Positions 48,850-58,868 are shown, numbered from the stretch's first letter. The stretch: 64,000 nucleotides of DNA from Planctomycetota bacterium (GCA_965228735.1 OZ245838.1:6592001-6656000), one strand, 5' to 3'. Notes: generated by a model from the sequence alone, not told the origin. Program-made: numbers and translations.

Positions 48850-51444
48850 GTGAGCGCGCTCGAGCCGCTCCCGATCGACGACGTGTTGCCGGCGGTGCGG
48901 CGCGCCCTGCAGAAGGCCGACGATCCGCCGCTCCTGTTGCTCGCGCCGCCGGGCTCGGGCAAGACGACGCGCGTGCCGAGCGCGTTGCTCGACGTCGTTC
49001 CTGAAGACCAGCAGATCGTCGTGCTCGAACCGCGTCGGCTCGCCGCGCGGGCGGCAGCGCAACGCGTCGCCAGCGAACTCGCGACGAAGGTCGGCGACCT
49101 CGTCGGCTACCAGGTGCGCGGCGATTCGAAGACGAGCAAGCGCACCCGCATCCGCTTCGTCACCGAAGGCGTGCTCGTGCGGCAGCTCGTGCGCGACCCG
49201 TTCCTCGAGGGCGTCGCCGCCGTCTGCCTCGACGAGTTCCACGAGCGCAACCTCGAGGGCGACCTCGCGCTCGCGATGCTGCAGGAGGCGCGCACGACGG
49301 TGCGGCCCGATCTGCGGCTCTGCGTGATGTCCGCGACGCTCGATCCGGCGCCGCTGATCGCGTTCCTGCCCGGCGCACAGGTGCTCGAGGCCGACGGCCG
49401 GCTGCACCCGGTCGAGGTCGTGCACCTCGGCAGCGGCGGCGGTCGGGCGCTCGAGAAACGCATCCGCGACGGCGTCGAACGCGCGCTCGATGCGACCGCG
49501 GGCGACGTCCTCGTCTTTCTGGCGGGCGTGGGGGAGATCCAGCGCGCCGCGGACGAGCTCGCGCACTTCTGCGACCGTCGCTCGATCGATCTCCTGCCGC
49601 TGCACGGGCGACTCGACCCGCGCGACCAGGACCGCGCGATCCGGCCCGGCGACCGCCGCAAGGTCGTGCTCGCCACGAACGTCGCCGAGAGCTCGCTCAC
49701 GATTCCCGGCGTGACGGCCGTCGTCGACTCGGGCGAGGAGCGTCAGCTGCGGTTCGACCGCGGCCGCGGCGTCGACGTGCTCGAACTCGGTCGCATCAGT
49801 CGCGCATCGGCCGCGCAACGCGCGGGCCGCGCCGGTCGCACCGGGCCGGGCATCTGCTACCGCCTCTGGAGCGCCGGTGAAGAACGCGCGATGGCCGCGC
49901 ACGGCGTGCCCGACGTGCGCCGCATCGACCTCGCCGGGCCGGCGCTGCTCGTGCGGGCGTTCGCGGGGCGTGATCCCGTTGCGTTCGGCTGGTTCGAGGC
50001 GCCGGACCGCGCCACGCTGAGCGCGGCGGACCACCTGCTCGCGGAGCTCGGCGCCCTGGCGGACGACCGGCTCACGGAACTCGGCGAAGCGCTGCTCGAT
50101 CTGCCGCTGCATCCGCGCCTCGCGGCCGTCGTCGTCGCGGGCCGTCGGTTCGGCGGCGAGGTCAGCAAGGCCGCCGCGACCGCTGCGACGTTGCTGAGTG
50201 ACGTCGAGCAGCTGGGGCGCGGCCGCCCGGCCGACCGCCGCGTCGCCGGCGGGATTGCCAGCGGGATTGCCAGCGGGGGGAGCGACGAAGGCGCGGACCT
50301 CGAGGTCGCGACGGCGGCGTTCCTGCGGGCCGAAGAACGTGGGTTCCCGGCGCCGTTGTGCCGTGAGTTCGCGTCCACACCCGGGTCGGCGCGGCGCCTC
50401 GTCGCGATGCGCGACCGGCTGCTCGGGCACCGCGGCAAGGTTCGCGGCCGCGGCCGCGGCTCGACCGCGGGCAGCCTCGCGAGCTGCCTGCTGCGCGGCT
50501 TCCCGGATCGCGTTGCGTTGCGTTCGGCGTCGGCCAGCGACGGCGGCGGCGACCGCGCCGCGCTCATGGTCGGTGGTCGTGGCTTGCTCTTGCCGGCAGC
50601 GCTGGACGGTCACGACCTCGTGCTCGCGCTGCGGCTGCTCGAGACCGGGCGTCAACAACGATCCAAGGTCGTGCTCGGCGCGCCGCTCGACGAAACGGAA
50701 CTGCCCGGGATCGAGGACGTCGTCGTTGCCGAACTGGACGAACGGGCGGGCCGGGTCTTCGCGGTGCGCCAGCGTCGCTACCGCGATCTGCCGCTGACGG
50801 CGGCGCGCGGCGGCGAGCTGCCGCCCGGTGCTGCGGCCGAACGGCTGACCCCGCTGCTCACCGCCGAGCCCTGGCGCTGGCTCGGCGACGAGAAGGCGGT
50901 GGCCGATCTGCGGCGGCTGCTCGCGCGGATCGCGTGGTTGCGCGAACGCATGCCGGAGCTCGAACTGCCGGAGCTCGACGACGCGGCGATCGGCGCGGCG
51001 GCCGCGCAGCTGCTCGGCGACCGGACCAGCCTGCGCGATGTGCAACCCGGCCCGGTCGCGCGGCTGCTCGAGGGCCAGCTGTCGCCGCCTCAGCAACGCG
51101 CGTTGCGCGAGTCCGCGCCCGACAAGATCGACCTGCCGTCGGGTCGCGCGGCCAAGATCGACTACGCCGCGGCAGCCGGGCCGACCGTGGCCGCGCGGCT
51201 GCAGGAGTTCTTCGGTCTGCCGCGGGTCCCGGCACTCGCCGGCGGGCGCATCCCGGTCGTTCTCGAGCTGCTCGCACCGAACCACCGGCCGGTGCAGGTG
51301 ACGACCGATCTGGCGAGCTTCTGGACCAACCACTATCCCGCGATCCGTCGCGAACTGAGCCGGCGGTATCCGCGCCACAGCTGGCCCGAAGACCCGCTCG
51401 CAGCGACACCAGAGGCGCGACCGGCGCGCCGCCGCCGCCGCTGA
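48850..51444 (+). CDS. hrpB: ATP-dependent RNA helicase HrpB
   Basis: PGSGKTT, DEFHER, MSATL, QRAGRAGR, C-terminal 'YPRHSWPEDP'. Confidence 0.95.
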   Translation: MSALEPLPIDDVLPAVRRALQKADDPPLLLLAPPGSGKTTRVPSALLDVVPEDQQIVVLEPRRLAARAAAQRVASELATKVGDLVGYQVRGDSKTSKRTRIRFVTEGVLVRQLVRDPFLEGVAAVCLDEFHERNLEGDLALAMLQEARTTVRPDLRLCVMSATLDPAPLIAFLPGAQVLEADGRLHPVEVVHLGSGGGRALEKRIRDGVERALDATAGDVLVFLAGVGEIQRAADELAHFCDRRSIDLLPLHGRLDPRDQDRAIRPGDRRKVVLATNVAESSLTIPGVTAVVDSGEERQLRFDRGRGVDVLELGRISRASAAQRAGRAGRTGPGICYRLWSAGEERAMAAHGVPDVRRIDLAGPALLVRAFAGRDPVAFGWFEAPDRATLSAADHLLAELGALADDRLTELGEALLDLPLHPRLAAVVVAGRRFGGEVSKAAATAATLLSDVEQLGRGRPADRRVAGGIASGIASGGSDEGADLEVATAAFLRAEERGFPAPLCREFASTPGSARRLVAMRDRLLGHRGKVRGRGRGSTAGSLASCLLRGFPDRVALRSASASDGGGDRAALMVGGRGLLLPAALDGHDLVLALRLLETGRQQRSKVVLGAPLDETELPGIEDVVVAELDERAGRVFAVRQRRYRDLPLTAARGGELPPGAAAERLTPLLTAEPWRWLGDEKAVADLRRLLARIAWLRERMPELELPELDDAAIGAAAAQLLGDRTSLRDVQPGPVARLLEGQLSPPQQRALRESAPDKIDLPSGRAAKIDYAAAAGPTVAARLQEFFGLPRVPALAGGRIPVVLELLAPNHRPVQVTTDLASFWTNHYPAIRRELSRRYPRHSWPEDPLAATPEARPARRRRR

Positions 51445-51570
51445 GCCGAGCGCGACTGACCAATAGTCGGACGGTCTGCCAGGGCCGCTCAAGATCTGGA
51501 CGGAGGACGTCGAAAGTCTCCTTGCGGAGCACCTTTCCGCGTCACTCACACGTCCACGCCGGCCCCACGC

Positions 51571-53004
51571 ATGAGTCTCGAAGTCCGACTCGGACAGCGC
51601 CAGGAACAGCGCCTCGCCCTGCTGCCGCAGATGCTGCAGTCGATCGAGGTGCTGCAGATGGCGACGACGGATCTGCTGCAGTTCCTCGAACTCGAGGCCG
51701 AGCAGAACGAGACGCTCGAACTCACGGACGTCGCGCGGGCGGCGGACGAGTTCGGCGATGTGGCCGCCGCCGCGACGGAGGACGCGGCAGGGGACGAATC
51801 GGACGGCCGCGATCGCGGCGAGTTCGCCGGCGACGACGACTGGACTCCGCGGGCGCGGGGCGACGCGGGGGAGCCGGACGGCAAGCGCGCGTTCCTCGAG
51901 AACGTCGCGGACCGCGACGGCACGCTCGTCGACTTCGTGCGCGAGCAGGTCGCGTTCCGCGAAGTCCCGGACGAACTCGCGGCGGCCGTGGTGCAACTGA
52001 CCGAGCACCTCGACGAGCGCGGGTTGCTGCCGTTCCCGCTGCCCGATCTCGCAGCCGAGTTCGGGCTGCCGCTCGAACTGCTCGAGGAGGCCCGCGACGA
52101 ACTGCAGTCGCTCGAGCCGCGCGGCATCGGTGCCGCGGACCCGGTCGCCGCGATGCTGTTGCAGGCTGCCGGCGACCCCGACCTCGTGGTCATCGAGCAG
52201 CTGCTCAAGCAACACCTCGAGGCGCTCGGCAAGAACCGTTTGCCCGACGTCGCGCGCGAGGTGGACCTGTCGATCGACGAGCTGCAGGAGGTCATCGCGC
52301 GCATCCGCCAGCTCAATCCGCGCCCCGCTTCGGAGTTCTCCGACGAGGTCGCGCAGGCCATTCGCCCCGACGCCTACGTCGCGTTCATCGACGGTCGGGT
52401 CCTCGTTTCGCTCGACGACGCCGCGCTGCCGGGTGTCGGTATCGACGCGGAATACGCCGCGCTCGCGGCCGAGGCGACGACGGCGCGCGAGGTGAAGGAC
52501 TACCTGCGGCCGAAGCTGCGCTCCGCTCGCGAACTGATCAGCGCGGTCGAGCAGCGGCGCGAGACGCTGCTGCGCGTCGTGCACGCCGTGATGGAGCAGC
52601 AGTTGCAGTTCTTGCAGCGCGGCCGCGCAGCGATCGTGCCGCTGCGCATGAGCGACGTCGCGGACCGTCTCGAGATGCACACGTCGACCGTGAGCCGCGC
52701 GATCGCGGGCAAGCACGTCGCGACGTCTTTCGGCCTGTTCCGGCTGCGCGACTTCTTCGACGGCGGTCGGCTCAAGGGCGGCGCGGGCAGCGCGCGCGCC
52801 GGCCAGGGCCGCCTCGGCGTCGCGCAGCAGGTCGCGGATCTCGTGGCCGCCGAGGACAAGAGCGCGCCGCTCTCGGACGACGAGCTCGTCCAGGCGCTGG
52901 CGAGCAAGGGCGTGTCGGTGGCTCGTCGCACGATCGCGAAGTACCGCAAAGAACTGGAGATCCCGTCGAGCTATCGGCGCCGGCGCTACGGAGGAGATTC
53001 ATGA
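51571..53004 (+). CDS. rpoN: RNA polymerase sigma-54
   Basis: Gln/Leu-rich region I, 'HTSTVSRAI', RpoN box ARRTIAKYR. Confidence 0.96.
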   Translation: MSLEVRLGQRQEQRLALLPQMLQSIEVLQMATTDLLQFLELEAEQNETLELTDVARAADEFGDVAAAATEDAAGDESDGRDRGEFAGDDDWTPRARGDAGEPDGKRAFLENVADRDGTLVDFVREQVAFREVPDELAAAVVQLTEHLDERGLLPFPLPDLAAEFGLPLELLEEARDELQSLEPRGIGAADPVAAMLLQAAGDPDLVVIEQLLKQHLEALGKNRLPDVAREVDLSIDELQEVIARIRQLNPRPASEFSDEVAQAIRPDAYVAFIDGRVLVSLDDAALPGVGIDAEYAALAAEATTAREVKDYLRPKLRSARELISAVEQRRETLLRVVHAVMEQQLQFLQRGRAAIVPLRMSDVADRLEMHTSTVSRAIAGKHVATSFGLFRLRDFFDGGRLKGGAGSARAGQGRLGVAQQVADLVAAEDKSAPLSDDELVQALASKGVSVARRTIAKYRKELEIPSSYRRRRYGGDS

Positions 53005-53771
53005 CCTACAACCCGCTCTCGTACGGAGAGATCAACCTCGAGAAGAAGGCCGGCGGCGACCAGGCCGCGGCCGGCGCGGAATCGCCCGACGACATCCTGT
53101 TCCAGGACGCCGGACCGGGGGCCTCGTCGGCGGCGCCGTCGGCAGAGGGGAGCTGGGACAGCGGTGGAGCGGACTTCGACGAGGCGGGACCGAGCGGTTC
53201 GCCCCAGAACCTCACGGAGTTCGGCGCCAACATCCTCGGGGAAGAGACGCACCCGCACGAGTCCGCGCCCGGCCCGGGGGCGGCCTACGATCCGATGGGC
53301 GGGGCCTACGAGTCGGCGGGCGATGACTACGACGCGCCAGCCGGCGCGCCGATGGGCGGCCCGGCGTCACTCGGTGGGATGCCTGGCATGGACGAGCCCG
53401 GGGTCGGTGGCGGCGCGCCGCTCGCGGATCAGATGGGGCAGGGCGCGATGCCGGTGCCGCGACAGGAGCCCGAGTCGGTGCGCCAGCCCGCGCGGTCGCA
53501 GCCGAGCAGCCCGAAGGCACAGAAGAGCCAGCGAACCGCGAGCGGTCAGAGCGCCCAGCAACCGGGTCGCCGCAGCCCGCCGCGCCGCAAGAGTCCGGCC
53601 CGCCGCCGGGCGTCGCGCATGATGGCGACCGTAGTGCCCGCGATCCTCGTCGCCGCCGGTGGCGCGGGAGCCGGTTGGCTCTACATGATGCAGCAGAACG
53701 CGGTCATGGCCGGGATCACCGGTGGTGCCAGCCTCGTCGCCGCCGCGATGGGCCGCATCCTGTTCCGGTGA
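53001..53771 (+). CDS. Hypothetical protein: acidic low-complexity region plus two C-terminal TM helices
   Basis: GGAGG SD, ATGA overlap with the rpoN stop, open frame. Confidence 0.7.
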   Translation: MTYNPLSYGEINLEKKAGGDQAAAGAESPDDILFQDAGPGASSAAPSAEGSWDSGGADFDEAGPSGSPQNLTEFGANILGEETHPHESAPGPGAAYDPMGGAYESAGDDYDAPAGAPMGGPASLGGMPGMDEPGVGGGAPLADQMGQGAMPVPRQEPESVRQPARSQPSSPKAQKSQRTASGQSAQQPGRRSPPRRKSPARRRASRMMATVVPAILVAAGGAGAGWLYMMQQNAVMAGITGGASLVAAAMGRILFR

Positions 53772-53847
53772 CCGCGCGAGCGGGCCGCGCAATTCGCCCG
53801 ACGAAGGTTCCGCTGCGGGCCGCCCGGCGAATAGAACGACGCGGCCG

Positions 53848-54666
53848 ATGCCGACCGCGCTGCTGACCATCGCCTACGAGGGCACCCGTTATGCTGGCTG
53901 GCAGCGCCAGCTCGGCCAGCCCACGGTGCAGCAGTGCCTCGAGGAGGCGTTCGCCGCGATCGACTGCCCCGGGATCCACGTCGAGGGCGCGGGGCGAACG
54001 GACGCCGGCGTGCACGCGTTGGCGCAGTGTGCGCACGTTCGGCTGCCGCGGCCGTTCCCCGTGGAGCGACTGCCGATCGCGCTCAACACCAACCTGCCCG
54101 ACGACATCGCCGTGCGGGCCGCGCGTGCCGTGCCAGACGATTTCCACGCCCGCTTCTGCGCGCGCGGCAAGCGCTACGTCTATCGCTGCGTGGTTTCCCG
54201 GATCCGGCCGGCGATCGGGCGCAACCTCATGCACTGGGTGAGGCGACCCGTCGATCTGCACGCGATGCGAACGGCCGCAGCCTGCCTCGTCGGCGAGCAC
54301 GACTTCGCCGCGTTCGCCTCCAACCCGGGCTACCCGCGTCAGCGCGGCACGGTGCGCACGCTGCGCGCGGTGCACCTGCCGGCGACCCGGCACGGGTTCG
54401 ACTTCGCCGTCGAGGGCAGCGGGTTCCTCTACAACATGGTGCGGGCGCTCATCGGCTCGCTGCTCGAGGTCGGGTTCGGCAACAAGCCAGTGGCGTGGTT
54501 CCGGGAGGTCCTCGAATCGCGCGACCGCAACTTCGCGTCCACGACCGCGCCGGCGTCCGGTCTCTACCTGCTGCGGGTGCTCTACGCGCCGGACCTCTCG
54601 CCCGGGCCGGCGCCGCCGCTGATGCCGGGCCCCGCCGGGGAAGATGTCCCCGAGCTGGACGACTGA
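53848..54666 (+). CDS. truA: tRNA pseudouridine(38-40) synthase
   Basis: IAYEGTRYAGWQ, GAGRTDAGVHA, FLYNMVR, TAPASGLYL. Confidence 0.96.
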   Translation: MPTALLTIAYEGTRYAGWQRQLGQPTVQQCLEEAFAAIDCPGIHVEGAGRTDAGVHALAQCAHVRLPRPFPVERLPIALNTNLPDDIAVRAARAVPDDFHARFCARGKRYVYRCVVSRIRPAIGRNLMHWVRRPVDLHAMRTAAACLVGEHDFAAFASNPGYPRQRGTVRTLRAVHLPATRHGFDFAVEGSGFLYNMVRALIGSLLEVGFGNKPVAWFREVLESRDRNFASTTAPASGLYLLRVLYAPDLSPGPAPPLMPGPAGEDVPELDD

Positions 54667-54807
54667 CCGCCGCTTCGCCGACAGGATCGAGAACTCTTCG
54701 GCTACCGACGACTGCGTGCGAATAGTCCGGGGGATTCGCCCGTATCGGCCCATCGACCGTCGCTCACGTCTGACCGCAACCTCACCCTACGGGGACCCTG
54801 ACTTACG

Positions 54808-56622
54808 ATGAATGCACCTGTCCTGTTCTCTTCTCTGTTCGCGCTCGGCTGCGGCCTCCTGCCGGCCCAGGCGCCGCAACTGCCGCCGCAGTCCGCCGCC
54901 GACCTGCTGCCCGCGTCGACGTTCGCCGCCGTCCAGTTCGCCGGCATCGAGGCCTGCGCCGAGGCCGCCGAGCAACTGCCGATGGGAGCGGTGATTCGCG
55001 AGTTCCTCGAGAACGTCCCGGCCGCGACGCGCGCCGAGCACCTCGACGAACACCTCGACCGGGCCGCGCAGCACGTGCGCCAGACGCTGAAGCGCGTCGG
55101 CATCGCGCCGCAGGACCTGCAGGCGTTCCTCGGCTGCAAGCATGCGATCGGCATCGGTCGGCCGACGATCGAGGGCATGGGGCCGTCGTTCGCGTGGCTC
55201 GTCGAGACGGGCGGGGCGGAGAACGAGGCCGCGTTCGAGCGGCTGATCTCGGCGCTCGCGGGGCTCGGCCAGCGCGCCGGCGCGATCGGTCGCGCCAGCG
55301 AGGTCGAGATCGACGGCGCGCCCTTCCGGCTCTGGCGCGTCCAGGGGCACGTGCCGGTCTTCGTCGGCAAGGTCGGTTCCCACATGGTCGTGACCAACAG
55401 CCGCGGCTACGTGCGGGAGATCGGCGCCGTCGTCAGCGGTCAGCGGCAGAGTCTGCAGAAGGGCTCGAGCCTCGGCCGCGTGCAGCGCATGCTCGGCGAT
55501 GCCAACGTGCTCGCGTCGGTGTTCGCCAACACCAAGAAGCTCTGTTCGATGGCGGACCCGGTGCTGCCCTACGAGATCTCGGAATGGTCCGACGTGCTCG
55601 GCCTCGGCAAGCTCGACGGCATCTACGCGGCGACGGCCGCCGGTGGTGACGGCGCGGTCGAGATGCTGCACATCGGCATGAACGGCAGTCCCGACGGCCT
55701 CTTCAAGGTCGCCGCGAGCAAGCCGCTCGACTTCCACGTGGCGCGCTGCTTCTCCGAGAACACGGTCGCGTTCGCCGCGCTGCGCTGCAACGTGCCGGGC
55801 CTGATCGAGGCGTTCGACCGCTTCGTCGACCTGCTGCCGGCGGAAGCGCAGCACGAGATCCGGCACGAGCTGCACCGCGAGTTCGGTCGCGAGCTGCGGC
55901 GGGCGGGCTCGTCGCCCGAGGAGCTCCACAAGCTGCTCGACGCGTTCGGTGACCAGATCGCGTTCGGTCTGAGCCTCGAGCCGAGTGCCGTGCCGAAGCC
56001 CGAGATGCTCGTGCGCATCAGCGTGAACGATGCCGCGCCGATCAGCAACCTGCTGCAGCGCTTCGAGGCGCTGCTCACCGAGGAGGAAGGGCTCGCCTGG
56101 AAGAGCCGCAACGTCGACGGCACGACCGTGCGCTTCGTCAACGTGAACATCCAGAACGAGTTCAAGCTGTCGCCGTGCTACGCGCTGACCGAGGACGCGC
56201 TGATGATCGGTTCGGACACGGCCGCGCTCGTGCGCGCGCTGCGCAGCGACGATCCCGAGGAGAGCCTCTGGGGCCAGGACGACTTCGAGAGCGTGCGCAA
56301 GGACATGAAGGGCGCGTTCGGCGTGCTGCACCTGCGCCTGTTCCGCGCGTCGGAGCTCGGCTGGCGCACGGTCGAGACGATGGCCTTCCCGCAGATCGAC
56401 GCGCACGCCGACGAGCTCGGCTTCGACAGCGACGCGCTGCCGGACCAGGACCAGATGTCCGAAGCGCTCGGCTGCACGACGATCGGCGCGCACGTCGACG
56501 CCAAGGGCTACACGCTCGTCACGACCGGGCTGCTCGGCAACGGCCCGTGGCTCGCGCTGTTCGGCCGCCTCGCGGACGAGGTCCTCGCCCGCGCGTCCCG
56601 CACGCAGCCGAAGATCTACTAG
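54808..56622 (+). CDS. Exported hypothetical protein (DUF3352-like alpha/beta)
   Basis: Signal peptide, 'ADLLPASTFAAV' start, strong coding bias. Confidence 0.7.
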   Translation: MNAPVLFSSLFALGCGLLPAQAPQLPPQSAADLLPASTFAAVQFAGIEACAEAAEQLPMGAVIREFLENVPAATRAEHLDEHLDRAAQHVRQTLKRVGIAPQDLQAFLGCKHAIGIGRPTIEGMGPSFAWLVETGGAENEAAFERLISALAGLGQRAGAIGRASEVEIDGAPFRLWRVQGHVPVFVGKVGSHMVVTNSRGYVREIGAVVSGQRQSLQKGSSLGRVQRMLGDANVLASVFANTKKLCSMADPVLPYEISEWSDVLGLGKLDGIYAATAAGGDGAVEMLHIGMNGSPDGLFKVAASKPLDFHVARCFSENTVAFAALRCNVPGLIEAFDRFVDLLPAEAQHEIRHELHREFGRELRRAGSSPEELHKLLDAFGDQIAFGLSLEPSAVPKPEMLVRISVNDAAPISNLLQRFEALLTEEEGLAWKSRNVDGTTVRFVNVNIQNEFKLSPCYALTEDALMIGSDTAALVRALRSDDPEESLWGQDDFESVRKDMKGAFGVLHLRLFRASELGWRTVETMAFPQIDAHADELGFDSDALPDQDQMSEALGCTTIGAHVDAKGYTLVTTGLLGNGPWLALFGRLADEVLARASRTQPKIY

Positions 56623-56643
56623 GCCCCCGTACGGTACCGGCCC

Positions 56644-56736
56644 CCGTACGGTACCTGGTTCATGCTGCCGGCCGCGAGCGCGCTGCCTCGCGGGTGGCGT
56701 CTTGGCGGCCGGCAGCATGAACCAGGTACCGTACGG
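56644..56736. repeat. Palindromic intergenic element, family A copy 3
   Basis: 32-bp perfect arms (56644-56675 / 56705-56736); 17-bp tandem duplication at 56622-56655. Confidence 0.9.
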
Positions 56737-56785
56737 CCGGGGAGGGTCTTGCTCTTCGCGGCGTCTCGGGTTGCGATAGGGGTCC

Positions 56786-57022
56786 ATGGTCGACAGCCGA
56801 ACCGGGATTCGCCGAATCGAGGTGCTGCGTCGGGGCCTGCGGGCCAAGGCCAAGGCGGCCGGGGAGGCCGTGACCGTGCGCGCCGAGGATCTGCTCGCCC
56901 TGCTCGACGAGGTCGGGCGGCTGGCGCAGGGCAACGACCGGCTGCGGCGGCAGAACAAGCGCATGCGGCTGCGCACGCGGCGGGCCCTCGTCGGTGACGA
57001 CGCGGACGCGAACGTGAACTGA
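56786..57022 (+). CDS. Small hypothetical coiled-coil protein
   Basis: Fills the gap, typical codon usage, heptad-like 'LLDEVGRLAQGNDRLRRQN'. Confidence 0.55.
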   Translation: MVDSRTGIRRIEVLRRGLRAKAKAAGEAVTVRAEDLLALLDEVGRLAQGNDRLRRQNKRMRLRTRRALVGDDADANVN

Positions 57023-57049
57023 GCGCGCCGCGCGCCAGGTCTTCCTCGG

Positions 57050-57880
57050 ATGGCAGCCGCGAACGTTCTCTTCGTCCACTGGCACGCGGCCGAGGGTGAG
57101 GAGCGCGCCGCCAAGCTGCGCGCGCTCGGTCACGATGTCACGTTGCACTGGGACCGCGACGCGGGTTCGCAGCTCACGCGCGGTGTCGCGCGCGCGCTGC
57201 CGGATGTCGTCGTCGTGGACCTCGCGCGCCTGCCGTCGCACGGCCGCGAGGTCGCGGACTGGCTGTGGGGGCGCAAGGCCAGCCGGCACGTTCCCGTGGT
57301 GTTCGTCGAGGGCGATCCCGACAAGACCGAGCGGGCGCGTCAGCAGTTTCCCGCGGCGGTCTTCGCGCCGTGGAGTCGGGTGCGCGGCGCGATCACGCGG
57401 GCGCTGAAGAACCCGCCGGCCGCGGCCGGCGCGCCGGTGCGGAACCGGGCCGCGAGCTCGAGCGCGGCCGGTGCCGCCGGCGCCGGCTACTCGGGCACGC
57501 CGTTGCCGAAGAAGCTCGGCATCAAGCCGGACGCGCGCGCGGTCCTCGTGCGGGCGCCCCGCGGCTTCGCGGACACGCTCGGGGACCTGCCCGCGGGCGC
57601 CAGGGTCACGAGCCGACTCAGCGGCGAGTTCCAGGTCGTCGTCCTGTTCTGTCGCGCGCTGACCGAGCTGCGCGCCGACTGGTCCCGCGCGGTGCAGCAC
57701 CTCGCTGCGGGCGGCAGCCTCTGGATCGGCTGGCCGAAGAAGAGTTCGGGCAAGTTGACCGATCTCGACGGCAACGTCGTGCGCGCGTTCGGCCTCGATC
57801 AGGGGCTCGTCGACACCAAGGTCTGCGCGATCGACGAGATCTGGTCGGGCCTGCGCTTCCAGCGGCGGCGGTCGCGGTAG
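57050..57880 (+). CDS. Receiver-like domain fused to a DUF3052-like domain
   Basis: 'PDVVVVDL..VPVVFV' receiver fold; 'GYSGTPLPKKLGIK..WIGWPKK..GLVDTKVCAID..WSGLRF'. Confidence 0.72.
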   Translation: MAAANVLFVHWHAAEGEERAAKLRALGHDVTLHWDRDAGSQLTRGVARALPDVVVVDLARLPSHGREVADWLWGRKASRHVPVVFVEGDPDKTERARQQFPAAVFAPWSRVRGAITRALKNPPAAAGAPVRNRAASSSAAGAAGAGYSGTPLPKKLGIKPDARAVLVRAPRGFADTLGDLPAGARVTSRLSGEFQVVVLFCRALTELRADWSRAVQHLAAGGSLWIGWPKKSSGKLTDLDGNVVRAFGLDQGLVDTKVCAIDEIWSGLRFQRRRSR

Positions 57881-57962
57881 CCCACGGCAGCCGCGGGCCG
57901 GCGGTTTGCGGAGTTCGCGAACGCCCCGTATCGTCGTCCCGCCGGCATCCCCGGGAATCGTC

Positions 57963-58868
57963 ATGAAATCCAACGACCGCTTCCGCGTCGCGTTCCGTTC
58001 GCTGCTCGCCCTGCTGTTCTGTCTGTCCGTCGCGTTGCCGGCGCCGACGCAGGACGGCTACCCGCGCTACACGCCCGAGCGGACCGAGCGCAAGACCGAG
58101 AAGGGCGAGGACGGCAAGCTCGTCTGGGCCAAGTGGGAGTTCGAGAAGTGCCGCGCGTGCACGGGCACGGGCAAGGCCAAGTGCACGGTCTGCGAACGCA
58201 TGTTCGAGGAGGCCAACTGCCCCGACTGCAAGCGCACGGAGAAGCGCGAGATCGTCTGCCGGACGTGTGTCGGTGAAGGCCAGCTGCCGGACCCGCTGCA
58301 CAAAGTGCACTGTCCCGGCTGCGCCGGTGCCGGCTTCCTGTTCTGCACGGTTTGCAGCAGTGGCGGCAAGCTCAAGGTCAACAAGGCCAAGCGCGTGAGC
58401 GCCTGCCCCGCCTGCCGCGGCGACGGGATGTGGAAGTGCGAGGCCTGTGACGGCAAGCGGTTCGTCGGCGGCGCGAAGCTCAAGCCGTCGCTCGCCGAGT
58501 GCGAGGACCCGGGCAAGATCCAGGCTGCCCTCGACGTCGCGGACGAAATGCTCAAGGAGCTCGACAAGTTCAAGCCCGCCGGTGGACCGAAGGCGCGCAA
58601 GGAGGTCAAGGAACTCCAGCGCATCATCAAGATCGGCTACAAGGACTTCGTCGCGCTGAAGCCGTTCCACAAGCAGGTCGGCAAGTACATGGGCAAGATC
58701 TTCGCGGGCAAGCAGTTCGTGGCGGCGGCGGAGCACGAGTCCTACGCGATGAGCCGCATCAAGACCGCGATGGAGTACTACCTCAAGATGCAGAAGCAGA
58801 TGCTGACGGCGGCGAAGAAGCGCGCCGAGGCGAACGCCAAGATCGAGGAAGAGAACAAGGGCAAGTGA
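57963..58868 (+). CDS. Exported protein with eight CxxC(xGxG) repeats
   Basis: Signal peptide; CRAC, CTVC, CPDC, CRTC, CPGC, CTVC, CPAC, CEAC. Confidence 0.8.
   Translation: MKSNDRFRVAFRSLLALLFCLSVALPAPTQDGYPRYTPERTERKTEKGEDGKLVWAKWEFEKCRACTGTGKAKCTVCERMFEEANCPDCKRTEKREIVCRTCVGEGQLPDPLHKVHCPGCAGAGFLFCTVCSSGGKLKVNKAKRVSACPACRGDGMWKCEACDGKRFVGGAKLKPSLAECEDPGKIQAALDVADEMLKELDKFKPAGGPKARKEVKELQRIIKIGYKDFVALKPFHKQVGKYMGKIFAGKQFVAAAEHESYAMSRIKTAMEYYLKMQKQMLTAAKKRAEANAKIEEENKGK

Noticed and set aside
28891..56736. CRISPR array from the recurring GTACGGTACC repeats
   Set aside because: Repeats are inverted pairs more than 10 kb apart, not a direct repeat-spacer series; no cas genes
57963..58868. 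Multiheme cytochrome c
   Set aside because: None of the CxxC motifs is followed by His
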